NCBI GenBank assembly: GCA_023391185.1
Contig: JAEWBI010000045.1
Span: forward strand, 786 to 64,785
Length of the DNA: 64,000 nucleotides
Direction: 5' to 3'
From: Bacillota bacterium
GTDB lineage: Bacteria; Bacillota_I; Bacilli_A; RF39; UBA660
Shown here: positions 1 to 10,454 of the stretch, in pieces
Position numbering within the stretch: the stretch's first letter is position 1
How the letters are laid out: each line of letters begins with the position of its first letter
Notes under the pieces: generated by a model
The model's database searches: none
What the model saw: the letters and a program-made list of their open reading frames with translations, nothing else
What the model was told of the DNA's origin: nothing
Made by a program: the position numbers and the translations under genes

Positions 1-993
1 AGTGGTAAATCAGTATGTATTAATAGTATGATTGTTTCTATACTTATGCGTACTAGACCTGATGAAGTTAAACTTATTTTAGTTGATCCTAAGAAGGTTG
101 AACTTTCCGTTTATAATGGTGTTCCACATTTACTCGCACCTGTTGTAACTGATCCAAAAAAAGCAAATGTAGCATTAAAAAAAATGGTAGCTGAAATGGA
201 AAAACGTTACGATTTATTTGAAAACAGCGGTACTAAGAATATTGCTGGTTACAATACTTATATTGAGAAAAAGAATGAGAAACTTTCTGATAGTGAAAAA
301 TTAAATAAATTACCATATATAGTTATCATAATAGATGAACTTGCGGATCTTATGTTAGTAGCAGCTAAAGATGTTCAAGACTCAATTATGCGAATTACCC
401 AGATGGCTCGTGCTGCTGGTATTCATTTAATTGTTGCAACTCAAAGACCTTCTACTGACGTTATTACAGGTGTCGTTAAAGCAAACATACCTTCTCGTAT
501 TGCTTTTGCAGTATCAAGTGGTATCGATTCACGTACTATACTTGATGCAGTAGGAGCAGAAAAACTTCTTGGAAAAGGGGATATGTTATTCCTTCCACAA
601 GGAGAGAATACTCCAATTCGTATTCAAGGAACATTTATTTCTGATGATGAAATTAAAAGTGTTGTTGATTATACAATTAAACAACAAAAAGCTCATTATG
701 ATGAAACTCTTACAATGGATGAAGAGGAAATGGGAGCAACTACTATGGTAGATAGTGGTAAATCAGAAGGACAAGATTATGATGCTGGGGAAGATCCACT
801 TTATGATCAAGTTGTTGAATTTGTTGTTACTACTAAAAAGGCTAGTACTTCATTAGTCCAAAGAAGATTTAGAATTGGTTATAATCGAGCAGCAAATTTA
901 ATTGATAAATTAGAAGAAAGAGGAATAGTAGGACCTCAAAATGGTTCAAAACCTCGTGAAGTTTTAGTAGAACTTCAAGATAATGATAGCTAA
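1..993 (+). CDS. ftsK: DNA translocase FtsK/SpoIIIE, motor and gamma domains (5' end lies outside the window)
   Basis: The frame is open from nt 1 (SGKSVCINS is the end of a Walker A GSGKSV). Walker [10 protein letters not shown] and the ATQRPS motif are present. The C-terminal winged-helix gamma domain reads [28 protein letters not shown]. Confidence 0.93.
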   Translation, partial: SGKSVCINSMIVSILMRTRPDEVKLILVDPKKVELSVYNGVPHLLAPVVTDPKKANVALKKMVAEMEKRYDLFENSGTKNIAGYNTYIEKKNEKLSDSEKLNKLPYIVIIIDELADLMLVAAKDVQDSIMRITQMARAAGIHLIVATQRPSTDVITGVVKANIPSRIAFAVSSGIDSRTILDAVGAEKLLGKGDMLFLPQGENTPIRIQGTFISDDEIKSVVDYTIKQQKAHYDETLTMDEEEMGATTMVDSGKSEGQDYDAGEDPLYDQVVEFVVTTKKASTSLVQRRFRIGYNRAANLIDKLEERGIVGPQNGSKPREVLVELQDNDS

Positions 994-1016
994 AGACTCA
1001 AATTGAGTCTTTTTTA
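994..1016 (+). terminator. rho-independent terminator after ftsK
   Basis: Hairpin AGACTCA-AAT-TGAGTCT followed by a T-run, directly after the stop codon. Confidence 0.8.
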
Positions 1017-1098
1017 TTAAATGGGCTATTAGAAAAAGAATTTATATATAATTCAATTAGTTTATTATATAGTCATTTTTTAAAACAAAGGAGTGTTT

Positions 1099-1410
1099 AT
1101 GAAAGTAAAAATTATTACAGTATGTGGAAGTTTGAGATTTAAAAAAGAGATAATGGAAATAAGTGAAAAGATGGAATTAAATGGAAATTGTATGTTACCT
1201 CCTATTTATCCAACAAGAATCGATAAAGATGCATATACTGAAGACGAAGTTTTTATGCTTAATAAAATGCATAAAGAAAAAATTAAATTATCAGATGCTA
1301 TCTTAGTTGTGAATGTAAATGGTTATATAGGAAATAGCACGAATAGTGAAATCGAATTTGCCAAATCATTAAATAAAGAAATTCTATATTATACAGATTT
1401 GATAAAATAA
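1099..1410 (+). CDS. small Rossmann-like protein, possibly nucleoside 2-deoxyribosyltransferase-like (function uncertain)
   Basis: SD AAAGGAG lies 7 nt before ATG 1099 (the track ORF starts at an in-frame GTG at 1093). The pattern IITVCGSLRF...SDAILVVN..GYIGNSTNSEIEFA recalls that fold from memory only. Confidence 0.5.
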   Translation: MKVKIITVCGSLRFKKEIMEISEKMELNGNCMLPPIYPTRIDKDAYTEDEVFMLNKMHKEKIKLSDAILVVNVNGYIGNSTNSEIEFAKSLNKEILYYTDLIK

Positions 1411-1476
1411 GATAAAAAGCATTAATAAAGTTTTTTGCTTAGATAAAAAAATAATATTTAACATTGTTAATAAACT

Positions 1477-1506
1477 AAAAGACTTAAAATGAGTCTTTTT
1501 TCTTAT
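1477..1506 (+). terminator. rho-independent terminator
   Basis: AAAAGACT-TAAAATG-AGTCTTTT hairpin plus a T-run. The sequence is very similar to the terminator at 994-1016. Confidence 0.65.
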
Positions 1507-1548
1507 TTAAAGTTATGTTATACTATAATCATAAGATAGAGGTGTATT

Positions 1549-2805
1549 ATGATTATATCAGTGTGCTCCAATCCTGACTTATTATCAGTTATGCTAATTG
1601 TTAATAAGGTTATTAATCTCTTAAGTATAATTGCTCCGATTGGTTTAATAGTTTTTGCTAGTGTTGATTTAGTTAGAGCAATTATTGCAAGAGATATTGA
1701 TAAAATAGCTAAGCAAAAAAGAATGATGCCTGTAAGAATAGTTGCGGCTATAATAGTTTTTCTTATTCCATCAGTATTAGATTTAATAATGAATTTTGCT
1801 GACAATACGTTTGAATATAATTCTTGTTTTACTAATGCTACTGAAGAGAATATTAAAATAGCTTATCTTAATAGTGCAGACAATGCAGTAGCAAAAGCAG
1901 AAACTTCATTAAATAGAATAGATTATGATGCAGCTTCACTTGCAGTATCAAAACTTGAAGATGGTTCAGAAAAAGACAATTATGAAGAAAGATTAAAAGT
2001 AGTTTTACAAACAATAAAAGATAAGGATAAAAGTGAAACTATAGTTAGTAAGTCTCCTAGTTCAACAATAACTGGCGGAGGTAAATTAAATATAGTAGGT
2101 AGTTATTCATCAGGTGGCAATGGTAGTTGTAAGAAAGGAATTGCCCTTACTTCTGAGCCAGATCCTTCCGCAGCTATTAATTGCTGGTCATATGTTAAAA
2201 CAAGCAACTTTGTTTTTCCAAAGGATCCTAAAACAGGTTTACCATTAGGCTCATGGCCAAAAAATTATGCATCAATACCAACACAGCTATCAGGTTATAA
2301 AACATATGCAGGGACATTTATAGTTCCTGTAACACCAACAAACAATAGTTATCATTTTGTATATCAACATACGGGAATAGACTTTATGGCTAACTTTGGG
2401 GAACCAATTTATTCACCTGTCGATGGTACACTTATGTATTCAGAGTGGGGACATACTAAAAATAAAGGTGGAGATGAAACGGCATACTCAGTTGGAATAA
2501 AACTTTCTAAAGGAGTAACAGTTCAAGGAGTTTATGTTGATACTGTATTTCTAACTCATTTAAGTGGTATCATATATCGTTGTAGTTCATCTACTAGCTG
2601 TAATAGAATAGTTAAAAAAGGTGAATTATTAGGGTTCGTAGGTAATGCAGCAGGTACTTCAACTTCAATAGGATGGGCACCGCATTTGCATATGACTTTA
2701 TATGGGCCATCTGGATATGATTATGGCTTAGTTTCTACAAAAATAGAAGCATTATATGGAATACCAACTAAATCTTCTGGTTATAAGATTACGGCAGGTG
2801 GATAA
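1549..2805 (+). CDS. membrane-anchored M23 (LytM-type) peptidoglycan metalloendopeptidase
   Basis: Two N-terminal TM helices are followed by a coiled linker and a C-terminal M23 signature: HTGIDF (HxxxD) and PHLHM (HxH). An extended -10 TGTTATACT lies upstream. Confidence 0.85.
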   Translation: MIISVCSNPDLLSVMLIVNKVINLLSIIAPIGLIVFASVDLVRAIIARDIDKIAKQKRMMPVRIVAAIIVFLIPSVLDLIMNFADNTFEYNSCFTNATEENIKIAYLNSADNAVAKAETSLNRIDYDAASLAVSKLEDGSEKDNYEERLKVVLQTIKDKDKSETIVSKSPSSTITGGGKLNIVGSYSSGGNGSCKKGIALTSEPDPSAAINCWSYVKTSNFVFPKDPKTGLPLGSWPKNYASIPTQLSGYKTYAGTFIVPVTPTNNSYHFVYQHTGIDFMANFGEPIYSPVDGTLMYSEWGHTKNKGGDETAYSVGIKLSKGVTVQGVYVDTVFLTHLSGIIYRCSSSTSCNRIVKKGELLGFVGNAAGTSTSIGWAPHLHMTLYGPSGYDYGLVSTKIEALYGIPTKSSGYKITAGG

Positions 2806-2806
2806 A

Positions 2807-3430
2807 ATGAAGAAAGTAATATTATTAGGCTTTTTAATAACTATATTTTTAACTGGTTGTCAGGCAAAAAACTTTAAGTATTATAAAAATGTATCTGATA
2901 CAGTTATATCTTTTTATAATAATAATGAATATGATAAAGAAAAATTTTATGAAGAAGACTTGTCTGCAATAAATGCTTTTTTATCTGAATTAACTCATAA
3001 AGATCAGATAGTAAATATAAGTGATTATATAACTAAATCGCAAGAATACTATACTAGTGAATCTAACACAGATGGAGTGTGGATAGACGGTAATACTTGC
3101 TATATAAAGTATAACGAATTGGGTCTATTCAGTACTGGAGAAGAAGTTGAAAATGATTCTTATGAAATAGAATTAAATAAACGTATAGTTTGTAACAATT
3201 ATTATACTATACTATATGAATCAAACTTTTATCCTAACTATAATGTAACAAAATTAAACCCTAGATATAATTACATATATTTAGATGGTAATAAGTTAAA
3301 AAAAGGATATGAATTTATTTATCGCTCTACATATGATGGGACTGGCATGAAAGTTAACATTGTAATAGAAGATAAAAAAATAGTTAAGATAAATACTAGT
3401 ATTATTGATGTAACAGGATATATAAAGTAA
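2807..3430 (+). CDS. lipoprotein, partner of the upstream hydrolase (unknown family)
   Basis: ATG 2807 lies 1 nt after the upstream stop. Lipobox in MKKVILLGFLITIFLTGC. Paralogous to the 4504-5256 product (shared YIKY, YNYIY, YDGTGM, KKIVKIN motifs). Confidence 0.8.
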   Translation: MKKVILLGFLITIFLTGCQAKNFKYYKNVSDTVISFYNNNEYDKEKFYEEDLSAINAFLSELTHKDQIVNISDYITKSQEYYTSESNTDGVWIDGNTCYIKYNELGLFSTGEEVENDSYEIELNKRIVCNNYYTILYESNFYPNYNVTKLNPRYNYIYLDGNKLKKGYEFIYRSTYDGTGMKVNIVIEDKKIVKINTSIIDVTGYIK

Positions 3431-3490
3431 AGGAAAAAGTTAGATTACTTTTTCTTTTTATATGTTATAATGTTAAAAGGTTGTGGTTTT

Positions 3491-4501
3491 ATGATATTAA
3501 CTATATGTAGTAATGCTGATTTATTATCGGTAATGATTTTAGTAAGAAAAATAATAGATCTATTTCAAATAATAGCTCCAGTTGGTTTAATTATATTTGC
3601 AAGTCTAGATATTATTAAAGCTGTTATTTCTAACAAACAAGATGAAATTTATAGAAAACTCCATCAAATTCCTAGAAGGGTTCTTGCAGCAATAATCGTC
3701 TTCTTTGTTCCAGTTATTATTGATTTAGTAATGTCAGTGGCTGACAATACTTTTGAGTATGCAGCTTGTTTTGAAAATGCTACTGAAGAATATGTCCAAG
3801 ATGCGTATGTATCAAATGCTTACGAAGCTGTTAATTTAGCAGAAGCTTCATTAAAGATGTACGATCATGATAATGCACTTTTACTTACTAATAAAATAAA
3901 AGATAATGATATTAAAATAGTGTTGAAAGATAGATTGGAAACTGTTTTAACAATAATAAATGAAAATAATAAGGATGATGCTAGAAAAGAAAGCTCATCT
4001 AAGAAAGGTACTATTAATATAGTAAAAGGTAGTAATTCTAGTTCATATGGTAGTACAGGGCAGTCAACATCAGGTAATGTGACTTTTACTGATTCTAATG
4101 TGATAACCACAACAGCTTTAAATCATTTAGGAACTGTTTATGTTTGGGGTGGTGAAAGTTGGTCTGGTGGTGTTGATTGTTCTGGTTTTGTTTATAGAGT
4201 TTTTAATGATGTTGGACATTCAATTAGTAGAGGAACGGCTGAATCATACTTAAGCTTAGGATGTAGAGTAAACAGTATTAATGATGCTAAACCAGGAGAT
4301 CTATTAATTTATGGGACAAGACATGTGGCTATTTATTTGGGAGTAGACACTACTGGGACAAAATGGCGTGTTCATGCTTCAGGGGATCAATATTGTAATG
4401 GTAAAACAGCTACTAATTGTCAAGTAAAAAAGGATACAAATATTTTTGCCTTACGAGCAGGCGAATCACTTTCAATTAGAAGATTATCAGGAGGATGTTA
4501 A
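3491..4501 (+). CDS. membrane-anchored NlpC/P60 peptidoglycan endopeptidase
   Basis: The N-terminal ~105 aa are about half identical to the 1549 product (hand alignment). The C-terminal NlpC/P60 signature is VDCSGFVYRVF (catalytic Cys) and HVAIYLG (His). The start is taken at MILTICS (3491), matching the paralog. Confidence 0.85.
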   Translation: MILTICSNADLLSVMILVRKIIDLFQIIAPVGLIIFASLDIIKAVISNKQDEIYRKLHQIPRRVLAAIIVFFVPVIIDLVMSVADNTFEYAACFENATEEYVQDAYVSNAYEAVNLAEASLKMYDHDNALLLTNKIKDNDIKIVLKDRLETVLTIINENNKDDARKESSSKKGTINIVKGSNSSSYGSTGQSTSGNVTFTDSNVITTTALNHLGTVYVWGGESWSGGVDCSGFVYRVFNDVGHSISRGTAESYLSLGCRVNSINDAKPGDLLIYGTRHVAIYLGVDTTGTKWRVHASGDQYCNGKTATNCQVKKDTNIFALRAGESLSIRRLSGGC

Positions 4502-4503
4502 TT

Positions 4504-5256
4504 ATGAAAAAAATCATAATAATAACTTTACTACTCATGATTTCATTTATAACAAGTGGATGCACATCTAATTTATCTTCTGCACAAAAAATGGACGACA
4601 TAGTTTTGTCTTTATTAAATAATAAGAATTATGTAGCAAGTGGACTAAATAAAAATGAAATAAATTTGATAGATGCTTTTATAAAAAAAGAAAAATATAA
4701 TAATAAGATAATTAATTTAAATTCTCTATCTAAATATTCTGATTTAAGTTCTACTAATCATAAAGATAGTAATGGTGTTTATGAAGAAAAAGGAATCTAT
4801 TATATAAAGTATTCTGATATAGTGTTTGAAAAAATTGTTGACTCAGAAAAAACTGATAATTCTAATGACATAAGTTACTATGCGACTACTTTGTATTTTA
4901 ATAACCGCGAACTTAATATAACTAAAGATATCATTCCTGTCTTGTATGAAGATACTAAAGATAATTTAAAGTATAACTATATTTATAGAGGTACTTCTCT
5001 ATATAATGACGCTATAGTTTCTTATTATAATTCTGTTTATGATGATACTGGAATGCAAATAGTATTTAATTTAAAAAATAAGAAAATATTTAATATAAAT
5101 ATTGTTTATGATGTTTCTAATGATATATATAATATTGAAAATAATGATTCAAATAATATATTTGGTGTCACTATTATAATTATTGGTATATTATTAATAT
5201 TTACTTTAGGGATATTTTTGATTACAAAAAAAGTAGCTATGACTAGAAAAATATAA
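4504..5256 (+). CDS. lipoprotein with an extra C-terminal TM helix, paralog of the 2807-3430 product
   Basis: Lipobox in MKKIIIITLLLMISFITSGC. Shared motifs with the 2807 product. C-terminal hydrophobic stretch VTIIIIGILLIFTLGIFLI. Confidence 0.8.
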   Translation: MKKIIIITLLLMISFITSGCTSNLSSAQKMDDIVLSLLNNKNYVASGLNKNEINLIDAFIKKEKYNNKIINLNSLSKYSDLSSTNHKDSNGVYEEKGIYYIKYSDIVFEKIVDSEKTDNSNDISYYATTLYFNNRELNITKDIIPVLYEDTKDNLKYNYIYRGTSLYNDAIVSYYNSVYDDTGMQIVFNLKNKKIFNINIVYDVSNDIYNIENNDSNNIFGVTIIIIGILLIFTLGIFLITKKVAMTRKI

Positions 5257-5331
5257 TGAAAATCCTTATTTATTAAGGATTTTCTTTTGTTTATTTGAAC
5301 TTTTTATGTTATAATGATATGGGTGATAGAT

Positions 5332-7245
5332 ATGGCAAAATACGATGAGAACTCAATTAAAATCCTAGAAGGGTTAGATGCAGTTAGAAAAAGACCGGGT
5401 ATGTATATTGGGTCTACAGACAAAAGAGGATTACATCACTTAGTATGGGAAATCGTTGATAATTCTATTGATGAAGTTATTAATGGTTTTGGTAAAAAAA
5501 TAAAAATAGTATTACATAAAAATGGTTCTTTATCAGTTACTGATGAAGGACGTGGTGTTCCTGTTGGAATGCATACATCAGGTAAAAGTACACCAGAGGT
5601 TATATATACAGTACTTCATGCTGGAGGAAAGTTTGAAACAGGTGGATATAAAGTCTCAGGAGGACTTCATGGCGTAGGTGGCTCTGTTGTTAATGCTTTA
5701 AGTGAGTGGATGGAAGTTAACATTAAAAGAGATGGGTATGAACACTATATTCGTTTTGAAAAGGGTGGACATGTAGCAGTACCGTTAAAACAACTAGAAA
5801 AAACAAGTAAAACAGGTACTACTGTAACATTTAAACCAGATTCTGAGATATTTCAAGTGACAAACTTTTCTTATTCTACAATTACTGAAAGAATGCAGGA
5901 GAGTGCCTTCTTACTTAAAGATTTAACAATTGAAGTAGTTGACGAGATAGAATCTAGAAGCGAAATATTCCATTATGAAAATGGACTATGTGCATTTGTA
6001 GAATATCTTAATGATGATAAAAAAGAATTACATAAAGTAGTCCCATTTAATGGTTCTAAGAATGATATTAATGTAGAAGTAGCTTTTCAGTTTACTGATG
6101 GTTATTCTGAAAATATAGTATCATTTGTTAATAATGTAAAAACTAATGATGGTGGATCGCACGAAGTTGGTTTTAAAACAGCCTTAACTCGTGTTTTTAA
6201 CGATTATGCAAGGACAAATGGTTATTTAAAAGCTAAAGATAAGAACTTAGAAGGTCCAGATACTAGAGAAGGATTAACAGCGATTATCTCTCTTCAAATA
6301 CCAGAAAATTTATTGCAATTTGAAGGACAAACTAAAGGAAAATTAGGTACACCAATTGCGAGAAATGTTGTTGAGAGTATAGTAGCAGAAAAACTTCAAT
6401 TTTATTTAGAAGAAAATAAAGCCATAGCGACAAGTATTATTGAAAAAATGGTAAAAAGTAAAATGGTTAGAGAAGCAGCTAGAAAAGCCAGAGATGAAGC
6501 AAGACAAGGAAAAGATAAAAATAAAAAAGAAAGAGCTCTTTCAGGTAAACTTGCTCCAGCGCAAAGTAAAAATCCTAAGAAAAATGAACTATATTTAGTC
6601 GAAGGAGATTCAGCTGGTGGTTCTGCCAAAGGTGGTCGTGATCGAAAATTCCAAGCTATTCTTCCTCTTCGAGGTAAAGTATTAAACACTGAAAAAGTCC
6701 ATATGGAAGATATATTTAAAAATGAAGAAATTAATACAATGATTCATGCTATTGGTGCAGGAGTTGGATCGGATTTTACAATTGAAGATTCTAATTATGA
6801 TAAAATAATTATAATGACCGATGCTGATGACGATGGAGCACATATTCAAATATTATTAATTACTTTCTTTTATAGATATATGAAGCCATTAATAGAAAAT
6901 GGTAAGCTTTTTATAGCATTACCACCACTGTATAAAGCAGATTATGGTAAAAAACATTTTTATGCCTGGGAAGATAAAGAACTTGAAGAAATTAAAACTA
7001 AAAATTCAGGCAAACCAACAATTTCAAGATATAAAGGACTTGGTGAAATGAATGCTGATCAGTTATGGGAAACAACAATGAATCCTGAAACGAGAAGCTT
7101 AATTAGAATTAATATTAACGATGGTGCTTTAGCTGAAAAAAGAGTAAGTGTACTTATGGGCGATAAAGTTGAACCACGTAAAGAATGGATAGAGGAGAAT
7201 GTTGTCTTCTCACTTGAAGACAATTATAAAATAGAAGATAAATAA
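5332..7245 (+). CDS. parE: DNA topoisomerase IV subunit B
   Basis: GHKL ATPase and TOPRIM motifs (LEGLDAVRKRPGMYIGST, EGDSAGG, DADDDGAHI). Paired with a ParC-type A subunit downstream. SD GGGTGAT precedes ATG 5332. Confidence 0.85.
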   Translation: MAKYDENSIKILEGLDAVRKRPGMYIGSTDKRGLHHLVWEIVDNSIDEVINGFGKKIKIVLHKNGSLSVTDEGRGVPVGMHTSGKSTPEVIYTVLHAGGKFETGGYKVSGGLHGVGGSVVNALSEWMEVNIKRDGYEHYIRFEKGGHVAVPLKQLEKTSKTGTTVTFKPDSEIFQVTNFSYSTITERMQESAFLLKDLTIEVVDEIESRSEIFHYENGLCAFVEYLNDDKKELHKVVPFNGSKNDINVEVAFQFTDGYSENIVSFVNNVKTNDGGSHEVGFKTALTRVFNDYARTNGYLKAKDKNLEGPDTREGLTAIISLQIPENLLQFEGQTKGKLGTPIARNVVESIVAEKLQFYLEENKAIATSIIEKMVKSKMVREAARKARDEARQGKDKNKKERALSGKLAPAQSKNPKKNELYLVEGDSAGGSAKGGRDRKFQAILPLRGKVLNTEKVHMEDIFKNEEINTMIHAIGAGVGSDFTIEDSNYDKIIIMTDADDDGAHIQILLITFFYRYMKPLIENGKLFIALPPLYKADYGKKHFYAWEDKELEEIKTKNSGKPTISRYKGLGEMNADQLWETTMNPETRSLIRININDGALAEKRVSVLMGDKVEPRKEWIEENVVFSLEDNYKIEDK

Positions 7246-7246
7246 T

Positions 7247-7834
7247 ATGGAAAAAGATAGATATTCAATTAAATTTTATAAGAGATGTACGTTTTTTACA
7301 AATTTCTTTTTAGATAAGTTTTATAAACCTCAAATAATAGGTAATAACAAATTACCAGAGGATGGATATTTATTAGTAGGGAATCATAAATCTGGATTAG
7401 ATATTTTACTTGTTGCTTATGCTTTAAGAAAATATAATCCAAGATTTATGGCAAAAAAAGAATTTTTTCAAAACCCTTTTTTAAAGTATTTCTTTGAAAA
7501 AGCGGGAGCTTTTCCAATAGACCGTGAAACTATTGATATATCTGCTGTTAAAAAATCAATTAAGTTACTAAAAGATAACAATTTAGTTGTTATTTTCCCT
7601 GAAGGAACAAGAAATAAAGGCGAAGAGATGTTACCCTTTAAAAAGGGAGTTGCCGGAATTTCAACAATAAGTAATTGTAAGGTTGTTCCTTTTGGTATAT
7701 CAGGTGATTATAAATTTCGAAGCAAACCAACTATTGAGTTTGGAGATGCCATTGATTTAAGACAGGAAAAGATTAATAAAGAAGAAGCGGATAATTATTT
7801 ACAAGATAAAGTTAAAAGATTAATAAGAAAATAA
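7247..7834 (+). CDS. plsC: 1-acyl-sn-glycerol-3-phosphate acyltransferase
   Basis: Acyltransferase motifs NHKSGLD (HxxxxD) and FPEGTRN. Confidence 0.85.
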   Translation: MEKDRYSIKFYKRCTFFTNFFLDKFYKPQIIGNNKLPEDGYLLVGNHKSGLDILLVAYALRKYNPRFMAKKEFFQNPFLKYFFEKAGAFPIDRETIDISAVKKSIKLLKDNNLVVIFPEGTRNKGEEMLPFKKGVAGISTISNCKVVPFGISGDYKFRSKPTIEFGDAIDLRQEKINKEEADNYLQDKVKRLIRK

Positions 7835-7848
7835 TAGTAGGTGATAAA

Positions 7849-10380
7849 ATGCAAGATGTTGTTACAAGGATACATGATTATGCTTTAGAAGAAATTATGG
7901 GGGATAGATTTGGCAGATATGCAAAATCTATCATCCAAGACCGTGCTATTCCAGATGTTCGCGATGGTTTGAAACCGGTTCAAAGAAGAATTCTATATGG
8001 TATGTATCATGAACATAATACTTATGATAAACCATATCGTAAGAGTGCTAAAACAGTAGGTAGTATTATGGGTAATTATCACCCACATGGTGATTCTAGT
8101 ATCTATGATGCAATGGTTCGTATGAGCCAGTGGTGGAAACAAAATACTCCATATATTGATATGCAAGGTAATAATGGTTCAATGGATGGAGATAGTGCAG
8201 CCGCAATGCGTTATACAGAGGCTAGACTATCTAAAATAAGTAGTGAACTATTAAAAGATATAGATAAAAATACAGTAGCTTGGGCTCCTAATTTTGATGA
8301 TACAGAGTTAGAACCAACTGTACTTCCAGCTAAGTTTCCTAACCTTTTAGTTAATGGTACAAGTGGTATTAGTGCTGGTTATGCTACAAATATACCAACA
8401 CATAATCTAGGCGAGGTAATTGATGCTACAATAAAAAGAATAGACAGCCCTAACTGTCATTTAGATACTATTTTAGATATAGTAAAAGGGCCTGACTTTC
8501 CAACAGGTGGCTTAGTTGAAGGTAAAGATGGAATAAGAGAAGCTTTTGAAACAGGTCGTGGAAAAGTTATCATTAGATCAAAAATTGAATTTGTTAAGGA
8601 AAAAGGAAAAGAGCAAATAATTGTCACTGAAATACCTTTTGAAGTTAACAAAGCGGTTATGGTTAAAAAGATAGATGATATAAGACTAGATAAAAAAATA
8701 GAAGGTATTTTAGAAGTTAGAGATGAATCAGATAGAGAAGGTCTTAGAATTGCTATTGATTTAAGAGCAGGCGCTTCAAAAGAACTAATATTAAATTATT
8801 TACTTAAAAATACTGACTTACAAGTAGCTTATAATTATAATATGGTAGCAATTGTTAACCGTAGGCCAATGACTTTAGGAATACTACCAATTCTTGATGC
8901 TTTTATAGCTCATCAAAAAGAAGTTATTACTAGAAGAACTGAGTTTGATTTAAACTTTGCTGAATCTAGAATGCATATTGTTGAAGGTTTAATAAAGGCT
9001 TTATCTATTCTAGATGATGTTATAAAAACAATTAGGTCTAGTAAAGATAAAGCTGATGCTAAAGTTAATTTAGTTAGCAAATATGGTTTCACAGAAAAAC
9101 AAGCAGAAGCTATATTAGTATTACAATTATATCGATTAACTAATATGGATATAGTAGCTTTAAAAGAGGAATTTAATCAGTTACAATTAGTTATAGCTGG
9201 ATTAAAAGCAATTCTTGCTGATGAAGAGAAACTTAAAGATGTAATGAAAGAAGAACTTCGTAAAGTTAAAAAAGAATATGCAACTCCTAGAAAAACTGAA
9301 ATTAAGGATGAGATAACTGAAATAAAGATTGATACAACTGAAATGATTCCAAAAGAAGATTGTATGGTTGTAGTGACAAGAGAAGGTTATGTTAAACGTG
9401 TTTCTCTTCGTAGTTATAATTCGGAAGAAGAGACTCTTACTAAAGATGGTGATTATGTTATAGGGTTATATCAGATGAACACTATGAATACACTTCTAAT
9501 GTTTACTAATTTAGGTAATTATCTATATATTCCTGTTTATGAACTTCCAGAATTAAAATGGAAAGAATTAGGTAAACATATAAGTAATGTAATTAAAATT
9601 GATGCTGAGGAAGCAATCATAGAAAGTATTCCAGTATTTGATTTTGAAAAAGAAGAATATATTACTATTTTTACAAAAAATGGTATGGTAAAAAGAACTA
9701 AATTAGATGAATTTAAAGTTCAAAGATATTCTAAACCGATAACATGTATGAAACTAAAAGATCATGATGAGGTAGTTACTGTTACTATTAATAGTGGTGA
9801 TGAGATATTTATAACTACTAAAAATGGTTATGGATTAAGATATGCAACCTCAGAAGTATCGCCAATAGGGCTAAGAGCAGCAGGTGTAAAAGCGATTACT
9901 CTTAAAAATGATGAAGTAAAATGTGCTCATGTATTTAGTAATATGGAGTACTTATCGGTAATTACAGATAAGGGAACTGGTAAAAGAATAAAAATATCAG
10001 AGTTTGAGATGATGTCAAGAGCAAGAAAAGGCGTACTTATGGTTAGAGATGTTAAAACTAATCCATATAGTATTGTAAAAACATTTGTCTCTACATCAAA
10101 AAGTTTAATATTATTAAAATTAGGAATGGATTTTAAGGAAATTAAGCTTACAGAACTTCCTATTACTGATAGATACTCAACTGGAACTGTATTAACTAAA
10201 GCAAATATAGACGATGTCTTCCTTAAAAAAGAATTGGTTAAAGAAATTAATCAAATTGAAGAAGTAAAGGAAGAACCAGAAGAAAAAAAAGAAATAGAGA
10301 AGTCTGTTGATTTAAATAGTATTGATGAAAAGATATTAACTATTGATGATTTTTTAGATGATTTTAAATTTAAAGATTAA
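7849..10380 (+). CDS. parC: DNA topoisomerase IV subunit A
   Basis: RAIPDVRDGLKPVQRRILYGM (ParC-type VQRR rather than the GyrA VHRR). Catalytic Tyr context AAMRYTEARL. Long acidic C-terminal tail. Confidence 0.85.
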   Translation: MQDVVTRIHDYALEEIMGDRFGRYAKSIIQDRAIPDVRDGLKPVQRRILYGMYHEHNTYDKPYRKSAKTVGSIMGNYHPHGDSSIYDAMVRMSQWWKQNTPYIDMQGNNGSMDGDSAAAMRYTEARLSKISSELLKDIDKNTVAWAPNFDDTELEPTVLPAKFPNLLVNGTSGISAGYATNIPTHNLGEVIDATIKRIDSPNCHLDTILDIVKGPDFPTGGLVEGKDGIREAFETGRGKVIIRSKIEFVKEKGKEQIIVTEIPFEVNKAVMVKKIDDIRLDKKIEGILEVRDESDREGLRIAIDLRAGASKELILNYLLKNTDLQVAYNYNMVAIVNRRPMTLGILPILDAFIAHQKEVITRRTEFDLNFAESRMHIVEGLIKALSILDDVIKTIRSSKDKADAKVNLVSKYGFTEKQAEAILVLQLYRLTNMDIVALKEEFNQLQLVIAGLKAILADEEKLKDVMKEELRKVKKEYATPRKTEIKDEITEIKIDTTEMIPKEDCMVVVTREGYVKRVSLRSYNSEEETLTKDGDYVIGLYQMNTMNTLLMFTNLGNYLYIPVYELPELKWKELGKHISNVIKIDAEEAIIESIPVFDFEKEEYITIFTKNGMVKRTKLDEFKVQRYSKPITCMKLKDHDEVVTVTINSGDEIFITTKNGYGLRYATSEVSPIGLRAAGVKAITLKNDEVKCAHVFSNMEYLSVITDKGTGKRIKISEFEMMSRARKGVLMVRDVKTNPYSIVKTFVSTSKSLILLKLGMDFKEIKLTELPITDRYSTGTVLTKANIDDVFLKKELVKEINQIEEVKEEPEEKKEIEKSVDLNSIDEKILTIDDFLDDFKFKD

Positions 10381-10454
10381 GTATAATACTTAATCTTTTT
10401 AATTGCCAAAATATGTAAAAAAAGGTATACTTATTATAGATGATAGGTGATAGT

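Noticed and set aside
994-1506. Two near-identical terminators (AAGACT[CT]AAA[TA]TGAGTCTTTTTT) bracket the 104-aa gene at 1099-1410. I considered this a mobile cassette signature.
   Set aside because: Only ~20 nt are similar. There are no inverted or direct repeats beyond the hairpins and no recombinase. This is more likely convergent terminator sequence or a local duplication.
1-5256. An FtsK-like translocase followed by membrane-anchored NlpC/P60 and M23 hydrolases could be a fragment of a conjugative element (VirD4/TcpA-like coupling protein plus VirB1-like hydrolase).
   Set aside because: The translocase has the chromosomal FtsK gamma (KOPS-reading) domain. No relaxase, VirB4, integrase or other transfer genes follow, and the neighbours are parE and parC.
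5332-10380. These genes could be annotated as gyrB and gyrA instead of parE and parC.
   Set aside because: The A subunit has KPVQRR (ParC-type) rather than KPVHRR and lacks a recognisable GyrA box. The plsC gene inserted between the two subunits and their position away from dnaA/dnaN fit topoisomerase IV. A phylogeny would settle it.
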